A stretch of DNA of 64,000 nucleotides from the NCBI GenBank assembly GCA_041641295.1, contig JBEPYO010000001.1:736001-800000 (forward strand). The letters run 5' to 3'. Made by a program: the position numbers and the translations under genes. The stretch comes from Nitrososphaerota archaeon. Lineage in GTDB: Archaea > Thermoproteota > Nitrososphaeria_A > Caldarchaeales > Calditenuaceae. This document shows positions 27,753 to 38,355 of this stretch, in pieces. Position 1 is the stretch's first letter. Every line of letters begins with the position of its first letter. The notes beneath the pieces were generated by a model, which saw only the letters and a program-made list of their open reading frames with translations, did no database searches and was not told the origin of the DNA.

Positions 27753-28664
27753 TTATTCACCCGCAAAGGAGTATCGGTATAGCTTTTCTGGAGGGACCAC
27801 TCTCAAAATAATCAGTATGACCAACAATGTCATTATTGCCAATATAACCGCCAAGGCAGCTCCATGTCCAAAATTCCCCCATTGAAACATCTCTGCGAAA
27901 GCATAATAAGATATTAACCCATACGTTCCTCCTGCGAATGTGTACACCATATCGTAGGTGGTTAAAGCGAGGATGGCTTGAAATGCTGCAACCACCGCTA
28001 TAGCAGACTTTAAGTAAGGCAGTGTAACATGTCTTAATCTTGCAAAACCTGTCGCACCATCAAGTTCGGATGAGTCTATTATATCCTTAGGTACTAGTTG
28101 CAACACAGCTAGCATTAAAAGAATGCAAAATGGTAATTGTTGCCACATCTGTGCTATGACTGCAAATAAGATCTGAACACTTCTAGGAGCCGATAGGAAA
28201 TAAAATGGCTCTTTCCATAAACCTAAGTCGACTAAAACCTTATTCACCCAACCAAAGCTTTGAAACATAAAACGCCAAATTAATCCTGCGGCTGCTGGAG
28301 GTATCGCCCAAGGTATTAGCATGACAACTCTAACAATACTCATGCCCTTCAAATTCTGATTTAAAACGAGTGCTAATGCAAGAGCCGTTCCAACTATAAC
28401 CAAGACGGAGACGACCGTAAATAATAAAGTGTTAATTAAGGCTTCAGTAAAGTAGGTTGAATTTACTACCTCCTCATAATTTTTCAGCCCTATGAAGAGT
28501 CCAATTGTATGCGGCTCATACACGACGTATTTTGATAAGCTAGTATATATTGCGTAGAAAAAAGGATATAATGTGAAGAACCCCACTAGAATAAGTGTTG
28601 GTAATATGAAGTTATAAGGTGAAGGTTCTTTTGTACTAGCCTTTATTTTGGTGTGCACAGTCAT
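27753..28664 (-). CDS. Carbohydrate ABC transporter permease (MalF-like)
   Basis: FIGLKNY, LIPWAIP, DSSELDGA...TLPYL. Confidence 0.9.
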   Translation of the reverse strand: MTVHTKIKASTKEPSPYNFILPTLILVGFFTLYPFFYAIYTSLSKYVVYEPHTIGLFIGLKNYEEVVNSTYFTEALINTLLFTVVSVLVIVGTALALALVLNQNLKGMSIVRVVMLIPWAIPPAAAGLIWRFMFQSFGWVNKVLVDLGLWKEPFYFLSAPRSVQILFAVIAQMWQQLPFCILLMLAVLQLVPKDIIDSSELDGATGFARLRHVTLPYLKSAIAVVAAFQAILALTTYDMVYTFAGGTYGLISYYAFAEMFQWGNFGHGAALAVILAIMTLLVILIILRVVPPEKLYRYSFAGE

Positions 28665-28687
28665 TCACACCACCAACACCTAATGTC

Positions 28688-28703
28688 ATAAAAATAATAA
28701 ATA
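28688..28703 (-). terminator. T-rich tract after the solute-binding protein gene (putative partial terminator)
   Basis: Minus strand reads TATTTATTATTTTTAT about 10 nt after the stop codon. Confidence 0.35.
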
Positions 28704-28712
28704 GATGCTGTC

Positions 28713-30089
28713 TTATCCTCTAAGTTCTTTTGCACGTCTAGCCATCCTATCAACGGCCTCTTTAACACTTATTTCTTTGGAGAATGCCTTTGCAATGGCC
28801 TCTTTTATGCTGTAATCGACCCACTGCCCGAACCATACGGGGTGTGGAATCGTTTTAGCGATGGTTGCCTGTTCTTTAATAGATTTGTCCGCACCTGGAC
28901 CGTAATAGTCCACTAGCGACTTTGCAATGTCTGGGTCACTATATGGTGAGAGGAAGCCAAATCCAAGTCCTTTTTCGACAGCCCATCTTTTGAGTACAGG
29001 ACTGTCGTTTGCTCCGAAGTATTCTATGAATGTTATTGCAGCTTGGATAGCGGCATCTCCTCTTTCTACACACATGCGTGTCATATTGTACATCTTTGCA
29101 AAGCCATAGGCTTCATGTGTTTTTCCAGGCATTAATGCCAATCTAAAGTTTCCAGCATTAGGCGATGACCCCGGTGCATTCATGGCCGCCAACATATATT
29201 TGGCTAGCACTGTGAATACTCCTTCTCCCGCCCCCATTTTCTTTGCCGCATCGGTCTCATGCGTTGCCAAATAGTCAGGATTGATTATCTTGTACTTATG
29301 TATACCATCTACTATCCATTGTAGATGCTCGTAGAATGGATGGTCCTCCGAAGCAAATATTGGGTTCAGATCTTCATCAAAGAGTCTTGCTCCACGTCCC
29401 ATCGCACCTGAAAATACGGCATAGAAGTCGAATGGGTTGGTTGCTTGATACTGAAGTATGTATGGATATCTGATTCCTTTCTCCTTGAGTTTTAAGGAAG
29501 CATCAAGAACGTCTTCCCATGTATCGGGAACTTCGAGTCCATAATCTTTTAATATCTTGTCGTTATACATGAAAGTAAACATATCTGAATAGTATGGTAA
29601 TCCATAGATTTTCCCCTTATAGGTCATAGACTCCTTCGCAAATGGTACCATATCATTTACATATTCGCTGAACTTTTTCTTTGTCACATATTTGTCCCAG
29701 TAGTCTTGTAACGGCACAACCCAGCCTGCTTCGGCCCATTGAGCCAGCCAATCTTCACCATTATAACACACATCAGTCGGTGTCTTGGTAGTAAATCGTT
29801 GAATCATGGTTGAAGGATAGTCAGGCCAGTTAAAGTCATATAACGTTACTTCGATGTTTGGGTACTGTTGCATGAATTTTTGGATATTGTCACGAATAGT
29901 CTCAACCGAGTAATTCCAAACGGTAAACTCGAGTTTTACCTTTTGAGGGGCGGCGGATTGCTGATAAAATGCATAAGTGGCCGCACCACCGACAATAGCT
30001 GCACCAACTACACCAATTGCGATTTTTGCCCCAGTGCTTAATGCTTCACGCCTAGTATATCGCTCATTCGACAATACCTTACACCTCAC
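28713..30089 (-). CDS. Sugar ABC transporter substrate-binding protein with twin-arginine-type N-terminus
   Basis: YTRREAL followed by a hydrophobic helix; YKGKIYGLPY, MYN..IL, PDTWED; start uncertain. Confidence 0.88.
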   Translation of the reverse strand: MRCKVLSNERYTRREALSTGAKIAIGVVGAAIVGGAATYAFYQQSAAPQKVKLEFTVWNYSVETIRDNIQKFMQQYPNIEVTLYDFNWPDYPSTMIQRFTTKTPTDVCYNGEDWLAQWAEAGWVVPLQDYWDKYVTKKKFSEYVNDMVPFAKESMTYKGKIYGLPYYSDMFTFMYNDKILKDYGLEVPDTWEDVLDASLKLKEKGIRYPYILQYQATNPFDFYAVFSGAMGRGARLFDEDLNPIFASEDHPFYEHLQWIVDGIHKYKIINPDYLATHETDAAKKMGAGEGVFTVLAKYMLAAMNAPGSSPNAGNFRLALMPGKTHEAYGFAKMYNMTRMCVERGDAAIQAAITFIEYFGANDSPVLKRWAVEKGLGFGFLSPYSDPDIAKSLVDYYGPGADKSIKEQATIAKTIPHPVWFGQWVDYSIKEAIAKAFSKEISVKEAVDRMARRAKELRG

Positions 30090-30369
30090 ATGGATTGCAA
30101 GTACTCACCTATATAAGTTTTTATATATATACATAAATTCACAGCCAGAACACTTCATGTTTAGATTCAGAACGTTTTCCGGAGAATCTAGGACCTGAGC
30201 GCTACGCTTCTTCCGGCATGTCAGCACACGACATCGTACACCAACCTTCTCTCTCAAGGCCAGGGTTCAGTTCGGGATGAGCTAGTGCGCTGGGACTGCG
30301 TTTTTTACCAATAGCCACGGGAGTTGGGAGGAACGTCTATAAGAAGCGTCTAGTGTCTGTTTTGGTTGG

Positions 30370-30442
30370 GCCCCGGTAGCTCAGCTGGGAGAGCGCCCGG
30401 CTGAAGACCGGGAAGTCGTGGGTTCGAGTCCCACCCGGGGCA
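30370..30442 (+). tRNA. tRNA-Phe (anticodon GAA)
   Basis: GCCCCGG/CCGGGGC acceptor stem, CCCGG-CTGAAGA-CCGGG anticodon arm, GGTTCGAGTCC; no encoded CCA. Confidence 0.97.
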
Positions 30443-30504
30443 GATTGTGGCGTGGTAATCTAGATATTGCTGAGGGGAGGGTTTGTGTCTTGGGGGTTGT
30501 GGGT

Positions 30505-31476
30505 TTGAAGTATCTTGAGTTGGGTCGGAGTGGCTTGAGGGTTTCTAAGATTGGGTTGGGGACGTGGCAGATTGGGTCGTCTGAGTGGGGGTGGAATAGG
30601 GGTTACGGCGTTGATGATGTGGTGCGGGCTATTGCTAGGGCCCATGAGCTGGGGATCAACTTCATCGATACCGCCGAGATTTATGGTGGTGGAGTGTCGG
30701 AGGAGGTTGTGGGCAGGGCGATACGCGAGTTTAGGGACGAGGTTGTCATAGCTACGAAGGTTTGGCCCACACACGCAACGTATGATGGTGTCTTGAAGGC
30801 CTGTGAGAGAAGCCTAAGACGGCTGGGAGTCGATGTCATAGATCTCTACCAGATCCACTGGCCGAACCCGCTGGTCCCCCTCTCATCCACCATGAGAGCC
30901 ATGGAGAGGCTCGTCGAGCTGGGCAAAGTTAGAGCGATCGGCGTGAGCAACTTCTCTCTGGGAAGGCTGAAGAAGGCTCAAGAGTGTCTCAGGAGGGAGG
31001 AGATAGCCTCGAACCAGGTCAAGTATAATCTCGTGGAGAGAGGTGTTGAGAAGGGTTTGCTACAATACTGTGAGAGGGAGGGGATCGCATTGATAGCCTA
31101 TAGCCCGCTGGCCCAGGGATTTCTGACCGCGCGATACAGCGCCTCGAACAGGCCGAGAGACCTTGTCCGCAGGCTCAACCCCCTCTTCGACCCAGCCGTG
31201 CTCAGGAGGGCGGAGCCATTAATGACGCTTCTGAGAGAAGTGGCCGCGAGACATGGTGCAGAGCCAGGCCAAGTTGCTCTGGCATGGCTTATCAGGTGGA
31301 GCCGCGTAGTCGCCATACCTGGGGCCAAGAGGCCGGAGCAAGTCGAGTCAAACGCGCGTGCAGCCGATTTAGAACTCAGCGATGAGGAGTGGGGGATGCT
31401 CTCTGAGGCAGCTTCTAAGGTATCGATTGGGATCTGGCCGCGTCTGAAGACCCCTCTGAGGCTACTGGGGATATAA
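30505..31476 (+). CDS. Aldo/keto reductase
   Basis: LGRSGLRVSKIGLGT, DTAEIYG, IATK, IDLYQIHWP, IGVSNF, AYSPL, AIPGAK; start reassigned to TTG 30505 because the track start lies inside the tRNA. Confidence 0.92.
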   Translation: MKYLELGRSGLRVSKIGLGTWQIGSSEWGWNRGYGVDDVVRAIARAHELGINFIDTAEIYGGGVSEEVVGRAIREFRDEVVIATKVWPTHATYDGVLKACERSLRRLGVDVIDLYQIHWPNPLVPLSSTMRAMERLVELGKVRAIGVSNFSLGRLKKAQECLRREEIASNQVKYNLVERGVEKGLLQYCEREGIALIAYSPLAQGFLTARYSASNRPRDLVRRLNPLFDPAVLRRAEPLMTLLREVAARHGAEPGQVALAWLIRWSRVVAIPGAKRPEQVESNARAADLELSDEEWGMLSEAASKVSIGIWPRLKTPLRLLGI

Positions 31477-31531
31477 ACTCTAAGAAGACTTGGAGGCGAA
31501 GAGGTAAAGTGTAGGTATCTGCCGCAATGGT

Positions 31532-32743
31532 ATGGAAATGTCCGTGGAGGCCAGCAACATCCACATCAGTCCCCGTTCTACCCTTATTGTGAAGGGGCCT
31601 GCCTCAGCCAGGGTCTTAGAGGGTTCGGTCGAGGTTTACGGATACAGCCCTGGGCCGAAGGAGAGGGTGGTTGTTAAGCCGTGGAGGTCTCTGCCGCTAT
31701 ATTCTGAGGCAGGTGCTGTCGTGGAGGTTCTGTTAGGAGAGGGGGGAGCGGCCGAGGTCGTGGAAGGGTGTACGATACCCCAGGAGTGGGTGGAGGTTGC
31801 CTCGAGGATAGGCGGCAGGTTCAGGGTCATGGTCATCGGTGGAGTTGATGTGGGAAAGACCTCGCTGCTGACGTATCTCTATAACAGGCTTGTCTCTGGA
31901 GGAGGGATTGCTGTGGCTGACCTTGATGTGGGCCAGTCGGAGATCTGCCCTCCAACAACCATGGGCATAGCGACAGGCATCAAGCCGACCACCAGCCTCT
32001 CCGCCCTCAAGCCAGAAGCAATATATCCCTACGGCTACACATCACCCACATACTCGGTAAGAGATTCCCTGAGAACCGCAAGGGAACTTGCATCAGGCAT
32101 CGAAGAACTCGGCAGAGTCCTAATCAACACGGACGGCTGGATAGATCAGGAACGCGCCAAGAACCATAAATCCCAGCTAATAGAGATCCTCAAGCCGAGC
32201 CACGTAATATTCATAGGCATAGACGACCATAGAGGGATGGAAGAGGCCTCCGCCAAAGTAGGTGCAGAGGTCATAAACATCCACGAACCCAAAGTCGTCA
32301 TGAGGAGGGACCTAGATGCCAGGAGACAGATTAGGGAAATGAACTATACCAGATTCCTACGCGGGGCCAGGCTGGTCTCGACGCCGAGGCGATGGATCAA
32401 GATAACTCCATTGATCCTAGATTCGCTCCCCATCGAAGACTACTTGAAGACCGTCATCAAGGAGATGGAGAACGCCGCCGTCGAGAAGGCACCACTCATC
32501 GAGGGGTTGGACATGTCTGAGGCAGAACTTGGCATCCTCTCATACGTTAACGTGCAGGGCAGAAAGGCCCAAGGCCTCGCCCTCTTCATGGGGATAGACA
32601 GCAAGGGCTTCGCCAGAATCTACACACCCCACCAGGGACCCATACAGGAGCTGAGAGTCGGCTCACTAATACTGTCAGCAAACTTCAAAGAAGTCTACAC
32701 CTATCAGCCACCACTAGAGTGGGACCGCAACACCACAACCTAA
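31532..32743 (+). CDS. Clp1/Grc3 family polynucleotide 5'-hydroxyl kinase
   Basis: GGVDVGKTS Walker A, DLDVGQ, INTDGW, R...RR..RE lid. Confidence 0.88.
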   Translation: MEMSVEASNIHISPRSTLIVKGPASARVLEGSVEVYGYSPGPKERVVVKPWRSLPLYSEAGAVVEVLLGEGGAAEVVEGCTIPQEWVEVASRIGGRFRVMVIGGVDVGKTSLLTYLYNRLVSGGGIAVADLDVGQSEICPPTTMGIATGIKPTTSLSALKPEAIYPYGYTSPTYSVRDSLRTARELASGIEELGRVLINTDGWIDQERAKNHKSQLIEILKPSHVIFIGIDDHRGMEEASAKVGAEVINIHEPKVVMRRDLDARRQIREMNYTRFLRGARLVSTPRRWIKITPLILDSLPIEDYLKTVIKEMENAAVEKAPLIEGLDMSEAELGILSYVNVQGRKAQGLALFMGIDSKGFARIYTPHQGPIQELRVGSLILSANFKEVYTYQPPLEWDRNTTT

Positions 32744-32800
32744 AAAAGATATATACACAGATTCTGATAAATTAAGCGTGAGTTATAATGGTGAGAGTCT

Positions 32801-34045
32801 TTGGCACGGTTAGCAATTAATGGCGGAACTCCCGCGGCTCGAGACCTGTTTAAACTCATACCCGCCTGGCCAACTTATAGTGAAAAAGAGAAGAAAGCAC
32901 TCATTGAAGTTTTGGAGAGTAGAAAATGGTGTAGGATTTATCCCGGGTCTAGGGCGGAGCTATTTGAGACTGCCTTTGCCGAGTATCACCACGCAAAACA
33001 CGGTATAGCTGTCGCAAATGGTACAGTAGCGTTAGAGCTTGCATTAAAGGCTGTAGGAGTTAAGCAGGGTGATAAGGTAATAGTTCCCGCCGTCACCTTC
33101 ATAGCTTCAGCGTCCGCAGCCACAGAGCTCGGAGCAATCCCAATATTCGCCGACGTCGACCCGGAGACTGGAAACATCTCGCCGGCCTCTGTCAGGGAGA
33201 TTGTCGAAAGAGAAGACGGGGTGAAAGCTGTTGTGGCTGTCCACTACGGCGGCAATCCGGTAAACTTTGACGAGCTGAAACCATTCCTATCTAGACGCGG
33301 GATTAAATTGATAGAGGATTGCGCACACGCACATGGCTCTGAGTGGAGGGGTAGGCGTGTGGGGGCTATAGGAGATATGGGTGGATTCTCATTTCAAGAG
33401 AGTAAGTCTCTAACGGCCGGTGAAGGTGGAATAGTGCTCACAGACAATGACGAATACGCCAACAAGGCGCGACTCATACACAACATAGGGAGAGTGGTGG
33501 GTAGGCCCGGATACGAACACTACATACTCAGCTCAAACTACAGGATGACAGAGTTCCAAGCAGCACTACTCCTGTCTAAGCTCGACGAGTTTAAAGAGCA
33601 GGTTGAGAAAAAGCATAGAAACGGAGAATATCTTGCTGGGCTTCTAAGGAAGATCGGTGGTGTGGAGCCGCAGAAAATGGAGGAAGGCGTGACTAAGAGG
33701 GGCTACTACTACTTCGTCTTCAGATACGATGAGGAAGAGTTCGGAGGGGTTCCAAAGGAGAGGTTCATAGAGGCTTTAAGGGCTGAGGGCGTACCAGCCG
33801 ATGTAGGCTATGGAATGCCACTTTACAAGCAGAAAGCCTTCAGTCGCGAGGCATTTCTTGAAGTCATGCCACCAGGCACAGAATATCCCGGCTACGATCA
33901 AATGTATCTACCCGGTGCAGAGGAATTCACTAGGAGAGAAGTAACTATGTTGCACTACATCCTTCTAGCAGAGAGAGAGGCCCTTGATCTGGTAGCTGCT
34001 GCAATCGAAAAGATAAAGGAGAACGCTCACGAGCTAGCAAGATAG
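32801..34045 (+). CDS. DegT/DnrJ/EryC1/StrS PLP aminotransferase (RifK/BtrR-like)
   Basis: LAINGG.P, WP.Y...E, NGTVAL, IEDCAHAHG, FSFQESKSLTAGEGG (PLP Lys), NYRMTEFQAA. Confidence 0.88.
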   Translation: MARLAINGGTPAARDLFKLIPAWPTYSEKEKKALIEVLESRKWCRIYPGSRAELFETAFAEYHHAKHGIAVANGTVALELALKAVGVKQGDKVIVPAVTFIASASAATELGAIPIFADVDPETGNISPASVREIVEREDGVKAVVAVHYGGNPVNFDELKPFLSRRGIKLIEDCAHAHGSEWRGRRVGAIGDMGGFSFQESKSLTAGEGGIVLTDNDEYANKARLIHNIGRVVGRPGYEHYILSSNYRMTEFQAALLLSKLDEFKEQVEKKHRNGEYLAGLLRKIGGVEPQKMEEGVTKRGYYYFVFRYDEEEFGGVPKERFIEALRAEGVPADVGYGMPLYKQKAFSREAFLEVMPPGTEYPGYDQMYLPGAEEFTRREVTMLHYILLAEREALDLVAAAIEKIKENAHELAR

Positions 34046-34062
34046 AGGGGAAGAGATGAATA

Positions 34063-35151
34063 ATGACAGAAGTAAAGCTCGAGAAGGTGTGTAAATACTT
34101 TGGGGAGACAAAGGCTGTAGACAATGTCGACCTACAGGTTAATGATGGTGAATTTATGGTATTATTGGGCCCGTCAGGCTGTGGCAAGACCACAACCTTA
34201 AGGCTTATTGCTGGTCTTGAAAAGCCGACAAGCGGTCTAATACTTTTTGATGGCGAGGTTGTAAATGAGCTGGAGCCTAAAGATAGACGAGTTGCGATGG
34301 TTTTCCAAGACTATGCGCTATACCCCCATATGAAAGTGTTTGACAACATGGCGCTGAACCTCCAAGTACGCGGTGTACCACGTGACGAGATAAGGCGGAA
34401 GGTTTTGGAAACTGCTGAGCTTTTAGGAATTAAGCACCTCTTGGACAGGAAGCCTGGTCAGCTCAGCGGAGGAGAGCAACAGCGCGTTGCCCTAGGACGT
34501 GCTATCGTTAGAGAGCCGTCTGTTTTCTTGATGGATGAGCCGCTTTCCAACCTTGACGCGGCTCTTAGGGCTAGGATGAGGGGTGAACTGAAGAAACTCC
34601 AAGAGCGATTAAAGACAACAACAATCTATGTTACACATGACCAAATAGAGGCGATGGTAATGGCTAACAGGATAGCAGTAATGAAGAGTGGCAGGATACA
34701 GCAGATAGGCTCGCCTCAAGAGATATACAATAGGCCTACTAACAGGTTTGTAGCAGAGTTCGTAGGAAGTCCGAAAATGAACATATTCGACGCAACAGTG
34801 ATAAGTGATGAAAATACAAGACTAACCACCGGTGAATTCGATATCGATATATCCCCGTTACTAGCTCGAAAAGTGGCGCAGAGCAGTTCAGGCCCTGAGG
34901 TATTGGTTGGCGTTAGGCCTGAAGACGTCGCGGTCTCCACAACCTACCAAGAGGGGTTTATAGAGGCAATGATCTATCTTGTCGAAGATATTGGAAACCT
35001 CTCATTTGTCACGCTTCAAGCCGGTGATGTGTTTATTGTGGCGCAGGCACCGCCATCAATTGGGCTAAAAGTAGGTGATAAGGCATATTTTAAGCTAATA
35101 GCTGAGAAGTTGCATATATTTGATAAAAAGACAGAGGAATTGATAATTTAA
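34063..35151 (+). CDS. Sugar ABC transporter ATP-binding protein (MalK/MsmX-like)
   Basis: GPSGCGKT, VFQDYALYPH, LSGGEQQR, MDEPLSNLD, YVTHDQ, C-terminal TOBE-like region. Confidence 0.95.
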   Translation: MTEVKLEKVCKYFGETKAVDNVDLQVNDGEFMVLLGPSGCGKTTTLRLIAGLEKPTSGLILFDGEVVNELEPKDRRVAMVFQDYALYPHMKVFDNMALNLQVRGVPRDEIRRKVLETAELLGIKHLLDRKPGQLSGGEQQRVALGRAIVREPSVFLMDEPLSNLDAALRARMRGELKKLQERLKTTTIYVTHDQIEAMVMANRIAVMKSGRIQQIGSPQEIYNRPTNRFVAEFVGSPKMNIFDATVISDENTRLTTGEFDIDISPLLARKVAQSSSGPEVLVGVRPEDVAVSTTYQEGFIEAMIYLVEDIGNLSFVTLQAGDVFIVAQAPPSIGLKVGDKAYFKLIAEKLHIFDKKTEELII

Positions 35152-36002
35152 CGGCCGAATGCCATGAATGCAACCCCGCGGCGTATTCTTTCTGCGAAGA
35201 CTATGTAGAGAACTATCGTAGGTATCGCGGATATTAATACTGCGGCACTCTGGGCTACATAGTCGTTTCCATATCTGCCCGTAGTGAAGTTTAGCAGATT
35301 GATTGGTACGGTGAAATTGCTTGGTGAACGTAGAAAGATGAAGGCGAAAAGGAAGTCATTCCAGATGCCGATGAACATGATTATAGCAACTGTCAGAATG
35401 GTTGGAAGAGCTAGAGGAAGCATTATTTTCCAGTACATCGCATAATTTGATAGCCCGTCAACTCGTGCAGAGTCTTGTAGGCTACTAGGTATTGAGACAA
35501 AGAATGCCTTCATGAAGAGTATGGCAAACGGCAAGTGCCATCCGACGTATGAGAGAATGAGCCCAAGATGAGAATCAACGAGACCCATATCCCTTAAGAG
35601 GATAAGCAATGGCACAAGTACTGCGTGAGGGGCAATGAAGAATCCAGCAATTAGCAGGTTTGTAACCGCTCCTTTAAACCTGAATTCTATACGAGAAGTC
35701 GCATACGATGCCATTGGAGCTATAATTGATATTATGAGTACAGAACTCAGAGATACAATGAGGCTATTAATCACGGCTTGACCCATATTGCCTCTGTCAA
35801 GTGCCTTGAAGAAGTTATCAAAAGTAGGGTTGGAAGGAAGACCCCATGGGTCGAGAAAGAGCTCCCTGTTGGTTTTAAATGCTGTAACTAGCGTCCAGAA
35901 TAGTGGGTAGATCATTATAATGGAGATTATCACCAGGAAAACAGCCAGTACAAATAGCTTCACACGCCTCGTAAACACAACTCTTTCAGACAACTTCTTC
36001 AT
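35148..36002 (-). CDS. Carbohydrate ABC transporter permease (MalG-like)
   Basis: QDSARVDG, IWNDFLFA. Confidence 0.9.
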   Translation of the reverse strand: MKKLSERVVFTRRVKLFVLAVFLVIISIIMIYPLFWTLVTAFKTNRELFLDPWGLPSNPTFDNFFKALDRGNMGQAVINSLIVSLSSVLIISIIAPMASYATSRIEFRFKGAVTNLLIAGFFIAPHAVLVPLLILLRDMGLVDSHLGLILSYVGWHLPFAILFMKAFFVSIPSSLQDSARVDGLSNYAMYWKIMLPLALPTILTVAIIMFIGIWNDFLFAFIFLRSPSNFTVPINLLNFTTGRYGNDYVAQSAAVLISAIPTIVLYIVFAERIRRGVAFMAFGR

Positions 36003-36006
36003 TTTT

Positions 36007-36954
36007 TCACCTCGTTAGCCTAGACCGTGTAAATTTTATGAGAAGCTGGACGATGACAAAGCTGAAAATGAATATTGTGACACCTATTGCAGCACCATAT
36101 CCCGGCTCAGAGGACCTGAAGGCAGCCCTATAGAGCCAAGTTGTAGTGACATGTGTGCTATCGCTGGGCCCTCCCTGCGTCATAACCCAGATAAGGTCAA
36201 AGAACTTGAAGGCACCGGCAATATCTATTATCACGAGCACAACTATTAACTCCTTCAGAAGCGGAAGGGTTATTTTTCTAAACTCCTGAAAACCAGAAAG
36301 CCCATCTATTCTAGCTGATTCAAATATACTCGGTGGAATGCTCTTCAAAGTAGCGATTGTCATTGTTGTTGTTAGTCCTATGTATATCCAGTTAACAGTC
36401 CCGAAGATTGCTATGAGAGCTGTGTTTATATCGCCTAGCCAAGGGCGCGCCAGAAAACCTAAGCCAATAGTTCGCAAAAAGACGTTGATCGAGCCGAAAT
36501 ATGGATTATACATCCACGTCCAGATAAGCGAGACTGCAACTGATGATATTACATATGGTAAGAAGATTATTGCCCAGAATAACCCTCCAATTCTTCTATA
36601 CCTGAGTACAATCGTGGCGAGGGCTACGCCTATTGGGATCTGTATAGCCGAGGACTGGGCCGCAAGTAATATTACATTAACCAAGGATCGAAGATATACG
36701 GGATCGTTTAGGAACATCCTTACGTAATTTTCAATCCCAACAAATATCATATTCGGGCTGACGAAATTCCATCTGAAGAGGCTGAGATAGAACATCTGAA
36801 CCAGTGGATAAAATATGAAGATGATGACGAATGCTAATGCGGGTAGAGATAGTATTAGACCTGCGTTTGAGTCTAGAAAGTTTTTTAATGATTTGTGCGA
36901 AAAAAATATAGTTGAGCCTGGCTTATTTTTCTCTCTCAGACTAGACCTCTTCAA
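36007..36954 (-). CDS. Carbohydrate ABC transporter permease (MalF-like)
   Basis: FVGIENY, ESARIDG, ITLPLL, MTQGGP; probable TTG start at 36954. Confidence 0.9.
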   Translation of the reverse strand: MKRSSLREKNKPGSTIFFSHKSLKNFLDSNAGLILSLPALAFVIIFIFYPLVQMFYLSLFRWNFVSPNMIFVGIENYVRMFLNDPVYLRSLVNVILLAAQSSAIQIPIGVALATIVLRYRRIGGLFWAIIFLPYVISSVAVSLIWTWMYNPYFGSINVFLRTIGLGFLARPWLGDINTALIAIFGTVNWIYIGLTTTMTIATLKSIPPSIFESARIDGLSGFQEFRKITLPLLKELIVVLVIIDIAGAFKFFDLIWVMTQGGPSDSTHVTTTWLYRAAFRSSEPGYGAAIGVTIFIFSFVIVQLLIKFTRSRLTR

Positions 36955-38293
36955 GCGGCAATATCCCCTGCTCTGCAAGCTCACGCGCGACACGCTCTTG
37001 TGCTTCAGCCATTTGCTCCGGAGTCATGGTTCCGGCGGCCACAGCAGCTAGTGAGTCGAGGTGGACCTGCGCAAACTTGGGTGGGGAATATTCATCGTAG
37101 GCCATCTGGAGCCAGCTTGCCCTCGACGTAGACTCAATTACCTTGACAAGTACAGCGGGATAGTGTTCGGTGGGAACGGGTACGTTCTGTGCGAGAGGTG
37201 AAGCGGTTAGCTCCGCATATCTTATAATATTTTCTCTCTTGGAAATGAATCTCAGAAAGTCGTACGCAACTTTTTTAACATTGTCGGGAATGTTCTTAGC
37301 TATTGCGTAGTGGTGCTGGACTGCTCCTAGGAGCATCGTTGGGTCGCCCTTGCCTCCAGGTACTGTTGGGAAGTTGATGATGTCGATTGGAAAGTCTGGG
37401 AATGATGCGAAGAGGTCTCCAAGTATCCAGGGTCCTTGGAGCCACATTGCGGCCTTTCCTGTGAAGAAGAGGTTCTGTGCCTCATCGTAGCTTGCGCCTA
37501 TGAATCCCTCTTGGAAAGCACCTAAGTCAACTATTTCCTTGAATAGGTATCCAGCCTTCACCCAGTGCTCGTCAGTGAAACTGTAGCCGGGTGCCCGGTT
37601 TATCGTCTTTCTGAACGCATCGGAGCCAGCCAGCCTATCCACTATGTACATGTAGTAGAATGAGAGTTCCCACTTATCCTTACCGCCTACCGCAATAGGA
37701 ATTATTCCAGCCTCCTTGAATTTTCTGATAGCAGCCTTGAACTCATCCCATGTCCAAGTACTCGTTATAGGTGGTATCTGAACTCCCGCCTTCTCAAAAA
37801 GTTCTCTGTTGATATAGAAATGGCCAGCCCATAGGTCAAATGGTACTGCATAGTGTCGTCCATTCCAAGTTGACTGTCTAAGCATAGTTCGCGGTATTTG
37901 GTTTACAGCCCACTCCTCATTCAGCAAAGCAGTTAGGTCCTCAACATGTCCCCCATCCACATATGACTTGAGGACACCACCACCCAGAGTCCTAAAAACT
38001 GCGGGTGGTTGGCCAGACGCAATGGCTGCCTCAAACTTGGTCTTAAACTCCTCATCAGAGGCAAATTCGACAATTACTATATCGACGTTGGGGTGATCCC
38101 TCTCATATGCCGCCTCCATTTCCTCGGCCCATTTCAAACGCGCCTCCCCCCACTCGTCCCACCACTCAATCCTAATCTTCTCAGCCGGCCTCTGTGTGGT
38201 CAAAAAGAAGGCCACACCAGCTGCGACAACAACTATAGCCACAAGAACCAAAGCCACAACTAATCTAACCCTCGAAGGCCTCTGTTGAGACAT
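36941..38293 (-). CDS. Sugar ABC transporter substrate-binding protein
   Basis: N-terminal TM anchor, WNGRHYAVP, YINRELF, WTWDEF, F.TGKAAM..QGPW. Confidence 0.9.
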   Translation of the reverse strand: MSQQRPSRVRLVVALVLVAIVVVAAGVAFFLTTQRPAEKIRIEWWDEWGEARLKWAEEMEAAYERDHPNVDIVIVEFASDEEFKTKFEAAIASGQPPAVFRTLGGGVLKSYVDGGHVEDLTALLNEEWAVNQIPRTMLRQSTWNGRHYAVPFDLWAGHFYINRELFEKAGVQIPPITSTWTWDEFKAAIRKFKEAGIIPIAVGGKDKWELSFYYMYIVDRLAGSDAFRKTINRAPGYSFTDEHWVKAGYLFKEIVDLGAFQEGFIGASYDEAQNLFFTGKAAMWLQGPWILGDLFASFPDFPIDIINFPTVPGGKGDPTMLLGAVQHHYAIAKNIPDNVKKVAYDFLRFISKRENIIRYAELTASPLAQNVPVPTEHYPAVLVKVIESTSRASWLQMAYDEYSPPKFAQVHLDSLAAVAAGTMTPEQMAEAQERVARELAEQGILPLEEV

Positions 38294-38355
38294 TTACATC
38301 GTTAAATGGTTCTCAGCCCATTGAGATAAGCTTTTCCCCCCGGATATTTTTCAGT

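Noticed and set aside
20792-30442. Integrated element bounded by tRNA-Leu and tRNA-Phe
   Set aside because: I found no integrase and no duplicated tRNA 3' end (att site) by eye, and typical-composition genes lie in the middle. Only local AT-rich patches are reported.
30418-30504. ORF start inside tRNA-Phe
   Set aside because: The GTG lies in the tRNA T arm; the aldo/keto reductase homology begins at TTG 30505.
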